In this document: positions 10,614-20,254 of the stretch, piece by piece
Numbering within the stretch: position 1 is the stretch's first letter
Layout: the number at the start of each line of letters is the position of its first letter
Notes under the pieces: generated by a model
What the model was told of the DNA's origin: nothing
What the model saw: only the letters and a program-made list of their open reading frames with translations
Databases searched by the model: none
Program-made: the position numbers and the translations under genes
Source: Firmicutes bacterium CAG:95
GTDB lineage: Bacteria; Bacillota; Clostridia; Lachnospirales; Lachnospiraceae
DNA length: 64,000 nucleotides
NCBI GenBank assembly: GCA_000438155.1
Contig: FR902981.1
Coordinates: 22,734 to 86,733, forward strand
Direction: 5' to 3'

Positions 10614-10664
10614 AAGGTATGTATGAAATAGATGTCATTTGAATAGTAAAGGCAGGAAAAGTAT

Positions 10665-13600
10665 ATGGGAAATGTTATAGTATTGGCAAATTGCACAGAT
10701 GATAGTGCTGCGCATATTTTTGAAAAACTGAAAGCAAACCTTGTAAATCATGCTTTTGAGAACTGCGATAGTATTCAGACACTGATTCTTGATGAAAATG
10801 TTACAAACGTAGCATTTGATTGGGAAGGACATACTGGAAGTTACAATAATCGTAAAGTTTATGTTAAAAACAAAAATACTCTGTTTGAAATGTATGGCAA
10901 GGATAGTAATTATGTAAGTGCATTTGGTTCATCTGGAGATGTTGTTGTTTATATTCTAAATGACCAAACTGTAGATCAGGGAAGAAATGTTGAGCCAAAC
11001 GGAAATGTATTATCCTTATTGGGATATACCTGTTACGCACATTCCCTGGATTATAGTAGTTATATTACAGGTCTTGCAAATTCAGTTACGTTCTATAGTG
11101 TAAACAGTATAGATGCACAGCTTATGTCTGACCATGTGGTATCTGATAAGCCGGAAAATGTACCACAGACAGGAATTGATGCTTATTATAATGGCGTGAT
11201 TCTTACCACAAGAGACATTGTAAAGGATAATATGACAGTTATCCCGATTTATGGCAGTAACGAAGGGACAACAACATATAGTTCTGATGAGTTTTATATT
11301 ATTAGAACAACAGAATTTAATGAATTGGAAAATGCACAGACAGTTACAGAAGAAGGTGTTTCAGCGTTTGAACCTGTACATGCTATGGATACAGATTTGG
11401 ATGCTGGACAGGAAACTGGAACCATTTCGGTAACGGTTGTAGTATTCTATGAAAAAGATGGAGCTGAGGCATACTTTTCCGTTCCGGTATCAGTTCGTGT
11501 AGAGGAATACACAGACAAGTCATTTGTAGAACAGGAGTATGGTTCTTATGAGAATATTGTAAAAGAACTTGCTTCCTTATCGCAGAAAGTAGAGCAGCTG
11601 CAGCAGGAAATCGAAGCGCTACGTTCTGATAAAAATGCAGATACAGAAAAAATCAATCAATTATCTGTAGAATTGACAGCGTATAAGAGAGCATATGAAG
11701 CACTTTTAGAAAAATTCTCTGAATTTGTATCGAGTAGCACTACTGATGATTCCGGATATTTTGGAAAGTATGAGGACCCGGACACGGGAGAAGTAAAAGA
11801 TGTAGTATACATTGAAGGTAATCCGATAGAATATGAGGATACTGGAGAAACAACCCAAGACGGAAAGAAAATTTATATTTGCAGGTATGATGTAGACGGA
11901 GATGGTGAAGCAGAAACAATCAAATTTTATGTGGACGAGCGAGGAGTTCACATTGTTGATGATACGGGAACTGACACTGGAAAAGTCTTTGAAGATACTT
12001 TAGGAGCAATTCAAAGACAGACGGCTGCTAAGCTGAAAGAAATTGAAAAAGCACTGAATGCATCGCAGACTGGTCTTAATAGTATTATTGAGGCATTAAA
12101 GGAAGCTGGTTATGATTTTGACCTGGATGTGACTGTAGATGAACAGTATAAGGAAGTCGTAAAAGATATTAAGGATATGGCTGAGAGAATTAAGAATCTG
12201 GAAGCACAATTATCCGGAGCAAACCAAATGACATCCCAATATGAAAGTGCATTGGCCAGCATCTACGCTTTGCTAACCAATTCTACCCTGGATCAGGATA
12301 ATGTAAGTGGTATTAATAATACTTTGCTTGCAATTACAAGTAAAATCTCCACGCTGCAAAATAATCTTGATGTAGCCAAAGCGACTGTGAAAGATTTGCA
12401 GGATAAGCTGACAACAGCAGAACAGGAATACAGTGCTTTAGAGGAAGAACTTGCAACAACAAAAAGTCAGCTGCAGAAGGCAAATGAAGATTTGGCAAAT
12501 GCACAGCAGCAGAAGGAAGATTTAATAGCTCAGTATGAAAAAGCATTAGCAGATGGAGATACTGCAGCTGCGGAACGTTTGCAGGCCCAGATTGCAGAAA
12601 CAGAAAATGCAATCCAGAAACTCACAGCTCTGCAGAGTACTCTTGTTCAAAAAGAACAGGATATTAAGGAGGCTCAGGATACAATCAGTCAGTTACGTGA
12701 GCAGCTTGATAAAAAGAATCAGGAAATTGCTGATTTGCGGGCACAGCTTGATGCACTGACTGATACAGCTGATGGATTTAAAATTACTGTCGATACAGCT
12801 AATAAAATGTTCGGGCTGACATTGCCGGATGGCTCCACAGATAAAGAAATTGCTGATGCAATTCAGAATTATGTACGTGATAAGATTACGTCAGATGAAA
12901 CAATAGAGGCAATTCAAAAATTGCTTAATACGGATAAGACAGGAAAGGAACTTGTAGCAGCGGTAAAGACGGCTATTGAAAATGCCGGAGATGAAAATCC
13001 TTCTGATGATGTTGCGGATCCGGACAGTAATAATTATAAAACTGGTTATCAACGAGGTTATGAAGAAGGTGTTACAGCAGGTGCCGCAGGAAAAACGGAT
13101 GATAAAGTAGTCAATATGCAGTCTGAAAGCTATAAACAGGGATATTCTACTGGTTATAATCAGGGATATGCAAAAGCCCTGACAGATAATCCTAATTCTG
13201 ACGGAAATGGAAGTTCTTCTTCGGATTATTCTGCATTAAAGGATCAGATTAACGGTCTGACATCCCAGGTTACAAATCTTACAACAAAGAATAGCCAACT
13301 CCAGAGTAAAGTAGACAAACTGGAGGATGATGTTGATGATCTTGAAAAGGATAATAAAAAGTTGAGCAGCGCAAATAGTAGCCTGGAAGAGAAAAATAGT
13401 TCACTTTCTTCTCAGGTAAATTCGTTAAACAGTGAGTTATCCGGATTAAAGACAACCAATACCAATCTGACATCCCAGGTTACGGAACTGAATAGTAAGA
13501 ATGGAAGCCTATCAAATCAGGTAACTGACCTTACAACAAAGAACAACTCCTTAACCTCAGAAATGTCAACTTTGAGGACACAGGTAAATAATGCAAATAG

Positions 13601-14567
13601 AAATACTACTACACCGGCAGCTTCCTCGACTTCAAAGCAGGAAAATAAAACGACGGCTTCCGATACTAAAGATGCAGCCTCTAAAGAGCAGAGAAAAGGG
13701 GAAGCTGATGATGGGGATGTAATTGAAGGTTCCACGAATAATTTGGATACCAAAACGGAAACGAAGAGCACAGCTGTACCGGATGCTTTAGTGGGGAGTA
13801 CGGTTGCGGCTGAAAACAGTCAAAAGAGACTAGGAACCACAAGTGAAGTTTCCATGTTTTCCGATACTGAGATTAACACCATTCCGGGAACCCAGTATGC
13901 AACAGGAAAAGTCATTCGTTTTGCAGAATCGAACCCGATTGTGAAGTTTTCAGATACAAACGGAAAGGAAATTAATGACATAACGGATGATTCTTTGGAA
14001 AATATTTATAAAATATTTAATTACTATGCAAACCACTTGGAGGAGCTTGGAAATCTGGGATCTGATGAAGTGATAAATGCAGCGAATGATGAATCCAAAG
14101 CGGTTATCTTGAGTTTGGTAGGCGCCGGTGATATTAAACCGAATGTCACTCAGGAAACAGCATTCCGCAATAACAGAAGTGCTATACTGAATCTCAAGTT
14201 TCCGAATATTACCACAGGTGCATTGTATCTTGTAGTGCATGAAAGAGCAGATCAGGCGGGACAGTATGAAGTGTGTCTGACAACAGCAACCGATAATTCT
14301 CTTTCTTTAAATGTAAGTAGTTTATCTCCAGTTGCTGTCGCAAAAGTTGAAATTAAGGATGCGACGGCAGTTGTAAATTCTACATTTACGGAAGATGTAG
14401 AAGCAATGAATACAGAGAAACCTGCAGAAACAAATACAGGAGCATTCAGAGTAGTTATGACGGTTCTGATTATTCTGATGCTGTTAGTATCTGTGGGAAT
14501 TGTAGTAATTCTTAAATTGAAACGTGAAGGAAAATTACCTCAATTCCTGTCGTTTTTATACAACTAA
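10665..14567 (+). CDS. Giant (1300 aa) coiled-coil, S/T-rich, C-terminally membrane-anchored protein. Candidate surface or mating-associated adhesin of the element.
   Basis: No N-terminal signal peptide. Hundreds of residues of heptad-like repeats (LTSQVTNLTTKNSQLQSKV...). T/S-rich linker. A C-terminal hydrophobic anchor (FRVVMTVLIILMLLVSVGIVVIL) followed by KLKREGK. No LPXTG motif. Confidence 0.5.
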   Translation: MGNVIVLANCTDDSAAHIFEKLKANLVNHAFENCDSIQTLILDENVTNVAFDWEGHTGSYNNRKVYVKNKNTLFEMYGKDSNYVSAFGSSGDVVVYILNDQTVDQGRNVEPNGNVLSLLGYTCYAHSLDYSSYITGLANSVTFYSVNSIDAQLMSDHVVSDKPENVPQTGIDAYYNGVILTTRDIVKDNMTVIPIYGSNEGTTTYSSDEFYIIRTTEFNELENAQTVTEEGVSAFEPVHAMDTDLDAGQETGTISVTVVVFYEKDGAEAYFSVPVSVRVEEYTDKSFVEQEYGSYENIVKELASLSQKVEQLQQEIEALRSDKNADTEKINQLSVELTAYKRAYEALLEKFSEFVSSSTTDDSGYFGKYEDPDTGEVKDVVYIEGNPIEYEDTGETTQDGKKIYICRYDVDGDGEAETIKFYVDERGVHIVDDTGTDTGKVFEDTLGAIQRQTAAKLKEIEKALNASQTGLNSIIEALKEAGYDFDLDVTVDEQYKEVVKDIKDMAERIKNLEAQLSGANQMTSQYESALASIYALLTNSTLDQDNVSGINNTLLAITSKISTLQNNLDVAKATVKDLQDKLTTAEQEYSALEEELATTKSQLQKANEDLANAQQQKEDLIAQYEKALADGDTAAAERLQAQIAETENAIQKLTALQSTLVQKEQDIKEAQDTISQLREQLDKKNQEIADLRAQLDALTDTADGFKITVDTANKMFGLTLPDGSTDKEIADAIQNYVRDKITSDETIEAIQKLLNTDKTGKELVAAVKTAIENAGDENPSDDVADPDSNNYKTGYQRGYEEGVTAGAAGKTDDKVVNMQSESYKQGYSTGYNQGYAKALTDNPNSDGNGSSSSDYSALKDQINGLTSQVTNLTTKNSQLQSKVDKLEDDVDDLEKDNKKLSSANSSLEEKNSSLSSQVNSLNSELSGLKTTNTNLTSQVTELNSKNGSLSNQVTDLTTKNNSLTSEMSTLRTQVNNANRNTTTPAASSTSKQENKTTASDTKDAASKEQRKGEADDGDVIEGSTNNLDTKTETKSTAVPDALVGSTVAAENSQKRLGTTSEVSMFSDTEINTIPGTQYATGKVIRFAESNPIVKFSDTNGKEINDITDDSLENIYKIFNYYANHLEELGNLGSDEVINAANDESKAVILSLVGAGDIKPNVTQETAFRNNRSAILNLKFPNITTGALYLVVHERADQAGQYEVCLTTATDNSLSLNVSSLSPVAVAKVEIKDATAVVNSTFTEDVEAMNTEKPAETNTGAFRVVMTVLIILMLLVSVGIVVILKLKREGKLPQFLSFLYN

Positions 14568-14580
14568 TTATGTGTTACGA

Positions 14581-14612
14581 GGGAGTGGTTGATAAAACCG
14601 CTCCCTTTTTTA
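14581..14612 (+). terminator. Rho-independent terminator after the 1300-aa gene
   Basis: gggagtggttgataaaaccgctccc + tttttt, 14 nt after the stop codon. Confidence 0.7.
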
Positions 14613-14735
14613 GACAATACAGCATAATTTTTTTTCTTTATAGCCTGAAGTATAACAAGGCAGGATGTTTAAGAAAGTATAATTAATACATGTATGTAAC
14701 TTGTAAAAATAAGAAGAAATGAAGGAGAAAGATTT

Positions 14736-15380
14736 ATGATTACAAAAAAGAAAATGTGCTTGGCGATAGTGGTAATTTTAGTTGTAAATATTCTGGTTAT
14801 TGCTGGTATTTTATACTATAGCAATATGAGGATGAAACAAGCATATGCCGTCGCACAAACGGAAAAAGAAGAGATGAATATGGATAATCTTACGACTGAT
14901 CTGGAAGAGGTAGCAAACGAGTACGGTGATGGAATGATTGATGCGGAAGATGATGGATTAGATAATTTGGATGTGCTGCGTAATGCACCATCAGCTGAAT
15001 CTTACAATAATGTTTATAATTCCTTGTTAATAGGAGATTATGTAACAGAGGATGGAACAGCTTTTCGTTTTTCCCCTGGCAATTCTTATTCGGGATATTT
15101 TAACGAAGATGCACCTGATGTAGTGAACTACTCCTATGAAATTGTAAATATAAGTGATACAGAAAATGAGATAGTCATTTATAGTGCGGATAAAAGGTCA
15201 GAGGTAAAGTATTCTCTGGATTTGGATATGGAAGGCAATGTAATACTTACCATTCCTGATACAGAAACGAAATATACCTTATGCTATGATGGAATGGCTT
15301 ATAAGGGAGATAAGCCTGCAAAGGTAGATGAGGAAAAGAAATCTGATGAATCGGATACAGAAAGCACTGATAATGAATAA
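14736..15380 (+). CDS. Signal-anchored acidic protein, function unknown
   Basis: N-terminal TM (MCLAIVVILVVNILVIAGILYY), acidic body. RBS gaaggagaaag. Confidence 0.45.
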   Translation: MITKKKMCLAIVVILVVNILVIAGILYYSNMRMKQAYAVAQTEKEEMNMDNLTTDLEEVANEYGDGMIDAEDDGLDNLDVLRNAPSAESYNNVYNSLLIGDYVTEDGTAFRFSPGNSYSGYFNEDAPDVVNYSYEIVNISDTENEIVIYSADKRSEVKYSLDLDMEGNVILTIPDTETKYTLCYDGMAYKGDKPAKVDEEKKSDESDTESTDNE

Positions 15381-15421
15381 TAGGAAAATTGACAAAGTAA
15401 AAGTAAAATGATACAATCTCC

Positions 15422-16159
15422 ATGGAGGTAGTTGTCATGGAAGCATGTGAATATTTTAAACAAAAAAGAGAGCAAACTGGAATGACTATTAGAGAATTTT
15501 GCAAAAAGGTCAATATTTCTGTAGGTTCCTGTGTTGAATATCAGAACGGAACCAAGTCTTTATTATCACTACCTTTGGATAAAACTATTCGTATTTTCTC
15601 TGTTATAAATATTCATATTGAAAGGTTTTATGATGATTACTTTCCTGAATTAAAAGAAGAAATTACAAAAAGAATGATTGTATGGGAAGAAAAGAGAGCA
15701 CCGGAACTTGATCTGGTGAAGCTTCAACACCGCTATCGTGCCCGGATTGCAAAGATGAAAGAGCGTAAGGTATTGCCTGATGTGGAAATAGAACAATTCC
15801 TGCAGGAATATAAGACTCTTTTTAAAGGGTTGAAGGCGGAGATGGATAGCTGTGGAAATATTTCTGAAATCTTATATAAGGAGAGAATATTACCATTTTC
15901 CTGTAGATTGAAAAAACAGATAGAAAATGGAGAAATCAAGAATCCTGTATCAAGACGGATTAATGATGCTATGTTAGCAAAAGAAATAACATATGTGGAA
16001 CTGGCACATATTGTAGATATTACTCCGGTTAGCTTGACCTATGCAAAGACATCCCAAACAGGATATTCAAGTATGAAGATAGGCACGGTACTTAAAATAT
16101 GCTATGCTTTGGATATATCATTTGACGAAATTTGTGAGTTGTTGCTTAAAAACATTTAA
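15422..16159 (+). CDS. Transcriptional regulator with two XRE-type helix-turn-helix domains
   Basis: HTH-like segments at the N-terminus (MTIREFCKKVNISVGSCVEYQNG) and C-terminus (ITYVELAHIVDITPVSLTYAKTSQTGYSSMKIGTVLKICYAL). Confidence 0.55.
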   Translation: MEVVVMEACEYFKQKREQTGMTIREFCKKVNISVGSCVEYQNGTKSLLSLPLDKTIRIFSVINIHIERFYDDYFPELKEEITKRMIVWEEKRAPELDLVKLQHRYRARIAKMKERKVLPDVEIEQFLQEYKTLFKGLKAEMDSCGNISEILYKERILPFSCRLKKQIENGEIKNPVSRRINDAMLAKEITYVELAHIVDITPVSLTYAKTSQTGYSSMKIGTVLKICYALDISFDEICELLLKNI

Positions 16160-16194
16160 AAGGCTATTTTGATTTAGTAAAGGCAACGGTTAGA

Positions 16195-16245
16195 AACCTC
16201 TTTTTTGTTATGCTATTAGTAGAATGACAGAAAAGAGGTTTTTTT
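16195..16245 (+). promoter_or_regulatory. Hairpin plus U-tract between the regulator and the next gene. The right arm overlaps the RBS of the 16246 ORF, so it is a terminator or a translational attenuator.
   Basis: aacctcttttttg ... cagaaaagaggtt then ttttttt and ATG. The aagagg Shine-Dalgarno lies inside the 3' arm. Confidence 0.4.
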
Positions 16246-16974
16246 ATGAACTATACGACAGTAAACATACAAGATGAGCAGCAAACCCGGCATGAATTTT
16301 TATATGGATTGCAAACAATGGCCGTACTATTCAGAAACATAAGACATAAGGGATTTATGTCTGATAGCAGAGAAGGCAAGGTGGTTCTTAGATTTAGTCA
16401 TGAATGCAGTTCAGCCAAAGATTTTCTTTCTTATCTGTTAGCGGTTCATGAAACCGGGCAGGTTATGCTACAGCATGGCGATGTAATTGGCATTAAGATT
16501 AATGGTTCTATTATCTGCTACAGGTATACTGAGCAAGGACACACAAATAAAGATTTGCTGATTTGGAATTATTTTACGGAGCATAAAGAGTTTGAAAAGC
16601 GAGAAAAAGAGAGATATGTTACTAATCTCCATAAGAATAATCAGGTGCTTGATGTGTTGTCTGGTAAGGTCGTGAACATTGATAGTATTCAGTTTGCAGA
16701 TACACGCATCTGTGCCATTGATCAGGAATGTTATTATCCACATGGAGATAGGAGCAGCTTAATTATCACTGATTATTTTGTATATGAATTGAAAGATATG
16801 GGTATAGAAAACATAAATCCTTACCAAAGACCGTTTTGCGATATTAAGTCTGCTTTTATGTTTTTCCAGCATAATAAAAAGAAAGATAGGTATAGTCAGC
16901 GGCTTTTATTATTGAATAGAAAAGAATTGTATTTAGTACGGGACTACAGGCACTTGTTGACAATAGCATTATAG
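16246..16974 (+). CDS. Hypothetical protein (element cargo)
   Basis: 242-aa ORF with an RBS. No recognisable motif. Confidence 0.4.
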   Translation: MNYTTVNIQDEQQTRHEFLYGLQTMAVLFRNIRHKGFMSDSREGKVVLRFSHECSSAKDFLSYLLAVHETGQVMLQHGDVIGIKINGSIICYRYTEQGHTNKDLLIWNYFTEHKEFEKREKERYVTNLHKNNQVLDVLSGKVVNIDSIQFADTRICAIDQECYYPHGDRSSLIITDYFVYELKDMGIENINPYQRPFCDIKSAFMFFQHNKKKDRYSQRLLLLNRKELYLVRDYRHLLTIAL

Positions 16975-16986
16975 GGAGGTTAAGAT

Positions 16987-18855
16987 ATGGAACAGAAAAG
17001 AAAAGAAGACCTAGTAAATAGTGATGATATTTTTAAATATCAGTTATTGAGCAGACTGCAGGGTGACTGCGAATATTATTTAGGAAATGGTAATCGAAAT
17101 AAAAAGCAGTTATGGGCAGAGGATGAGCGTGAGCAGATAGAAGTGATGAAATTACTGTATAATAGCTTTGGGGATGAAAATAAGCCAGAATGGCTCTCAA
17201 TGACAGATATTGAAAACTATGAAAAGCAGATGGTAGTAGATATAACACTTGAAGAGCGTTATACAGAAGCTATGAGAATGACAGGATATGATCGTATTGA
17301 AACACCAACAGACAGTATGGCAACAGTATCCTTTGTTTTTCGTACAGCACCGGAGAGAAGGATAGATGCTGACGGATGGGAGGCATTAGGGGAAGAGCTT
17401 GAAGGTATGAGTCCAATCCTTGAAAGTGATAGAGCAAAATATGAAGATTTAATACATCCGAGTGGTAGAATTGCTTATTATACTCTTAACTTGGAAGGGA
17501 GTGGTATGGACTCTGACCTTAAACCTGTTACTTATTCAAATATAAAGGATGCATTGAGTGCCTACTTAATGTCAGATGCAGATGGTAAACAGTTAGGGTA
17601 CATAATCCATGGTGAACTGCAGTGCATGAGTCATTTTGATTATGTAGATATGAAGAATCATATTACATCCTTATCCGATCCGGCATTATATAATGAAGAA
17701 CTGGCAGGGAATGAAAAGCAAATTATTAGAAAATCATATTCTTCTATGAAAACTATTTTGGATAAGGATAATGTTTATTGTGCATTAAAAGCAGGCGTTG
17801 ATTACATAGAAAACGTATGTATAGGAGAGGTTGGACGAGAAAATACAGAATGGGGAGCATGGAGTGGAAGAGTGGCGAATACTCATCGTCCACAGGATTA
17901 TCTCGATATTAATATTATGGGATATGAGAGACCGCATCTGGTTATATATACTTTATCAGCAGTTCATGCCAATGAAATTGTTCAGGAAATGCAGTATACG
18001 GTTCACACCAATCCCGAAAGACTTGTGGAAAGTATAAGGCAAGGAACAAAAAATATTTCAGAAGAGATTGATGAATTTCTGCATATGGCAGTAGAAAAGT
18101 TAGATACGGATATTATATATCCTATGCAGTTTTATTCGCCATATACGAACAGAGAACTCACAGAGCATTATAGAAAATTGGAAAATGCAGGATATGATCC
18201 TTTACCGTTGAACCAGGAACAGGAAGTACAGGTGGTCACCCCGGACAAAATAAAGGATTTTGTGAAAAAGTATTATGATCATTATGATGGATTGGTTTGC
18301 ACAGAAAAGATATCTGAGGTTCTGGCAGTTTCCATTCAAAAGATGATTGATGCAAAACAAATGGATAACACAAAAGAATCAATAGAGAATGTATTATGTA
18401 AAGAAAGCACACTACATTTTATTGTTTCCAGAATGCCTAATGTGTCTCCGGTGCCGGAAGAAGTAAAGAATGATGTTGTATCATATTTTGAACAATCGTC
18501 AGGTCTTGCAAATTATAAGCCGGTTGAGATATGCAGAGTGTCAAATGATCCGGAAGATTCTCATTTATATGCGGTAATTGGGTATAACTCACAAATGAAT
18601 CAGTATGCATGTTGGACTTCATGGAACCAGGACCGGCATAGTTTAAATTATGGTCATCATAATCTTATGGATGAACAGACAGCAGTTGATACTATTAAGG
18701 AAAGGTTTAATGATATAACAGATGAAGTTCAGAAATATGGTATTGATAATACTTTGTTTAAACTTGTGTCAAGTGAATCTGAAAGAAGTAAGCCGGATGT
18801 AGAAAAGATAGAAGCAGATATTCCGGTAAAATTAAATGGAAGAAGAGGAAGATAA
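16987..18855 (+). CDS. Large hypothetical protein (622 aa) of conjugative-element cargo
   Basis: RBS gggaggt. No P-loop or nuclease motif seen. The N-terminal YLGNGNRNKKQLWAEDERE block resembles conserved domains of unknown function seen in ICE/plasmid accessory proteins. This is from memory, not verified. Confidence 0.4.
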   Translation: MEQKRKEDLVNSDDIFKYQLLSRLQGDCEYYLGNGNRNKKQLWAEDEREQIEVMKLLYNSFGDENKPEWLSMTDIENYEKQMVVDITLEERYTEAMRMTGYDRIETPTDSMATVSFVFRTAPERRIDADGWEALGEELEGMSPILESDRAKYEDLIHPSGRIAYYTLNLEGSGMDSDLKPVTYSNIKDALSAYLMSDADGKQLGYIIHGELQCMSHFDYVDMKNHITSLSDPALYNEELAGNEKQIIRKSYSSMKTILDKDNVYCALKAGVDYIENVCIGEVGRENTEWGAWSGRVANTHRPQDYLDINIMGYERPHLVIYTLSAVHANEIVQEMQYTVHTNPERLVESIRQGTKNISEEIDEFLHMAVEKLDTDIIYPMQFYSPYTNRELTEHYRKLENAGYDPLPLNQEQEVQVVTPDKIKDFVKKYYDHYDGLVCTEKISEVLAVSIQKMIDAKQMDNTKESIENVLCKESTLHFIVSRMPNVSPVPEEVKNDVVSYFEQSSGLANYKPVEICRVSNDPEDSHLYAVIGYNSQMNQYACWTSWNQDRHSLNYGHHNLMDEQTAVDTIKERFNDITDEVQKYGIDNTLFKLVSSESERSKPDVEKIEADIPVKLNGRRGR

Positions 18856-18856
18856 G

Positions 18857-19042
18857 ATGGATCAAGAGAAAGTCAGAATAATAAAGGAGAAAGAAGATGT
18901 ATTTTACCAGGTAGAAGGAGATATTACCCAATATTATGATTTAACTAATCTCAAAAGGAATCATCCTGAATTGAAGGTATATATTGAACAACATCAATTT
19001 GATTTACAAAGGCAGTTTTTTAGAAAAAAGGAACTGGAATGA
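18857..19042 (+). CDS. Small acidic hypothetical protein
   Basis: An internal ATG with RBS agaggaag. The upstream part of the listed ORF overlaps the previous gene. Confidence 0.3.
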   Translation: MDQEKVRIIKEKEDVFYQVEGDITQYYDLTNLKRNHPELKVYIEQHQFDLQRQFFRKKELE

Positions 19043-19155
19043 TATGAGAGGACAGCGCAGTGGCTGTCTTTTCTCATTGTATGTATAATTATAAAGCAAT
19101 GCATTGACAAAATAAAAATAAAATGATACACTAATTGTAAAGAGGAGGTAATATA

Positions 19156-19389
19156 ATGAAACAGGATATATACGGACCTATTGTTGATCAGATTATGGCA
19201 AGCATGACACCGGAAGCCATCCTGGCACATGGCGGCAGAGAAGGCATGATCAGAGAAATGAAGAAGCATGATAGAAAGAATCGTATCATTGTTACAATAA
19301 AGAATTTTTTTAGAACAGTCTGGAACTTAACAAAGGCTGCTATTCTTGTACTTACAGTATTATATTTTATTAATGCAATCTTTTTTTGA
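19156..19389 (+). CDS. Small protein with a C-terminal TM helix
   Basis: Strong RBS agaggaggt 7 nt upstream. 77 aa. Confidence 0.4.
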   Translation: MKQDIYGPIVDQIMASMTPEAILAHGGREGMIREMKKHDRKNRIIVTIKNFFRTVWNLTKAAILVLTVLYFINAIFF

Positions 19390-19399
19390 GGTGATGTAT

Positions 19400-19585
19400 A
19401 TGCATGTATTTGAGTATGGGAAAAAATCAAATATGAATGAATTATCTCCGGATCAGCAACGATTCACTGCTAAGATGATTGTAAAAGAGGTGCAGCGCAT
19501 TGCAAAGGAACATAATATTAGTGAGGAGACTGCGTATTGGGGATATATGCATGGACTTTATGATGGAGATCGGGAACTGCAGTAA
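19400..19585 (+). CDS. Small hypothetical protein
   Basis: Start ATG after RBS gaggtg. Terminated about 180 nt upstream of a strong terminator. Confidence 0.3.
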   Translation: MHVFEYGKKSNMNELSPDQQRFTAKMIVKEVQRIAKEHNISEETAYWGYMHGLYDGDRELQ

Positions 19586-19764
19586 GATATATATAGAATT
19601 GTTGACAATTAAGAAAATAGGGGCAGATAGAAGGACATAAACGGAATTATCTGACAATAGAAGATTACTTGTGGGTTACAAAAAATCTTCTGTGCGCCTA
19701 AAATAGATAAACATTGCGCTTTCGCCATGACAGCACAGGGAATTGTATAAATTTAATAAAGAGT

Positions 19765-19796
19765 GCCCGGAAACGTTATGTTTCCGGGCTTTTTTG
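19765..19796 (+). terminator. Rho-independent terminator, the probable transcriptional end of the conjugative-element module
   Basis: gcccggaaac gttat gtttccgggc + ttttttg. Confidence 0.75.
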
Positions 19797-20254
19797 ATAT
19801 TCTTATATAATAAGAACAGGGAATATGGTCGAAGAAGAATATGATTCATACTATGGATTCTGAATATCCTCTTTCAATCGGGCCGAAAAGCTCCGAAGAC
19901 ATGAAATAGTCTCATAAACACACAAATGACAACAGAAGGCGTCCGGTATTTAACAGATAGAGATAGAATAAAACAGAAGAACTGGAAATCTGATTCAGTT
20001 ATAATGTGGGAAATTTGATTTGGTTCATAAATAAATATAGAAAGATTGATGTCTGTATATGCACATTTTGTATTTCTGCAAGGATGCAGAGGGGAATATA
20101 CATGGAAAATCTGTGCGCAAGACACTATATTTAGTATAGTGCATAGATAAATAAAAAGCAAGATAAAATACATATTTATGCAAAAAACGTAAAAATAGAG
20201 AAAATAGATTTTTTGTAAAGACTATGATATACTATACTACATTAAAAGATAGAT

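Noticed and set aside
20040-20254. Looked for a preQ1, THF or other riboswitch upstream of the ECF S-component gene
   Set aside because: There are only short AT-rich hairpins. No recognisable conserved riboswitch core could be matched by eye. An Infernal scan would be needed to settle it.
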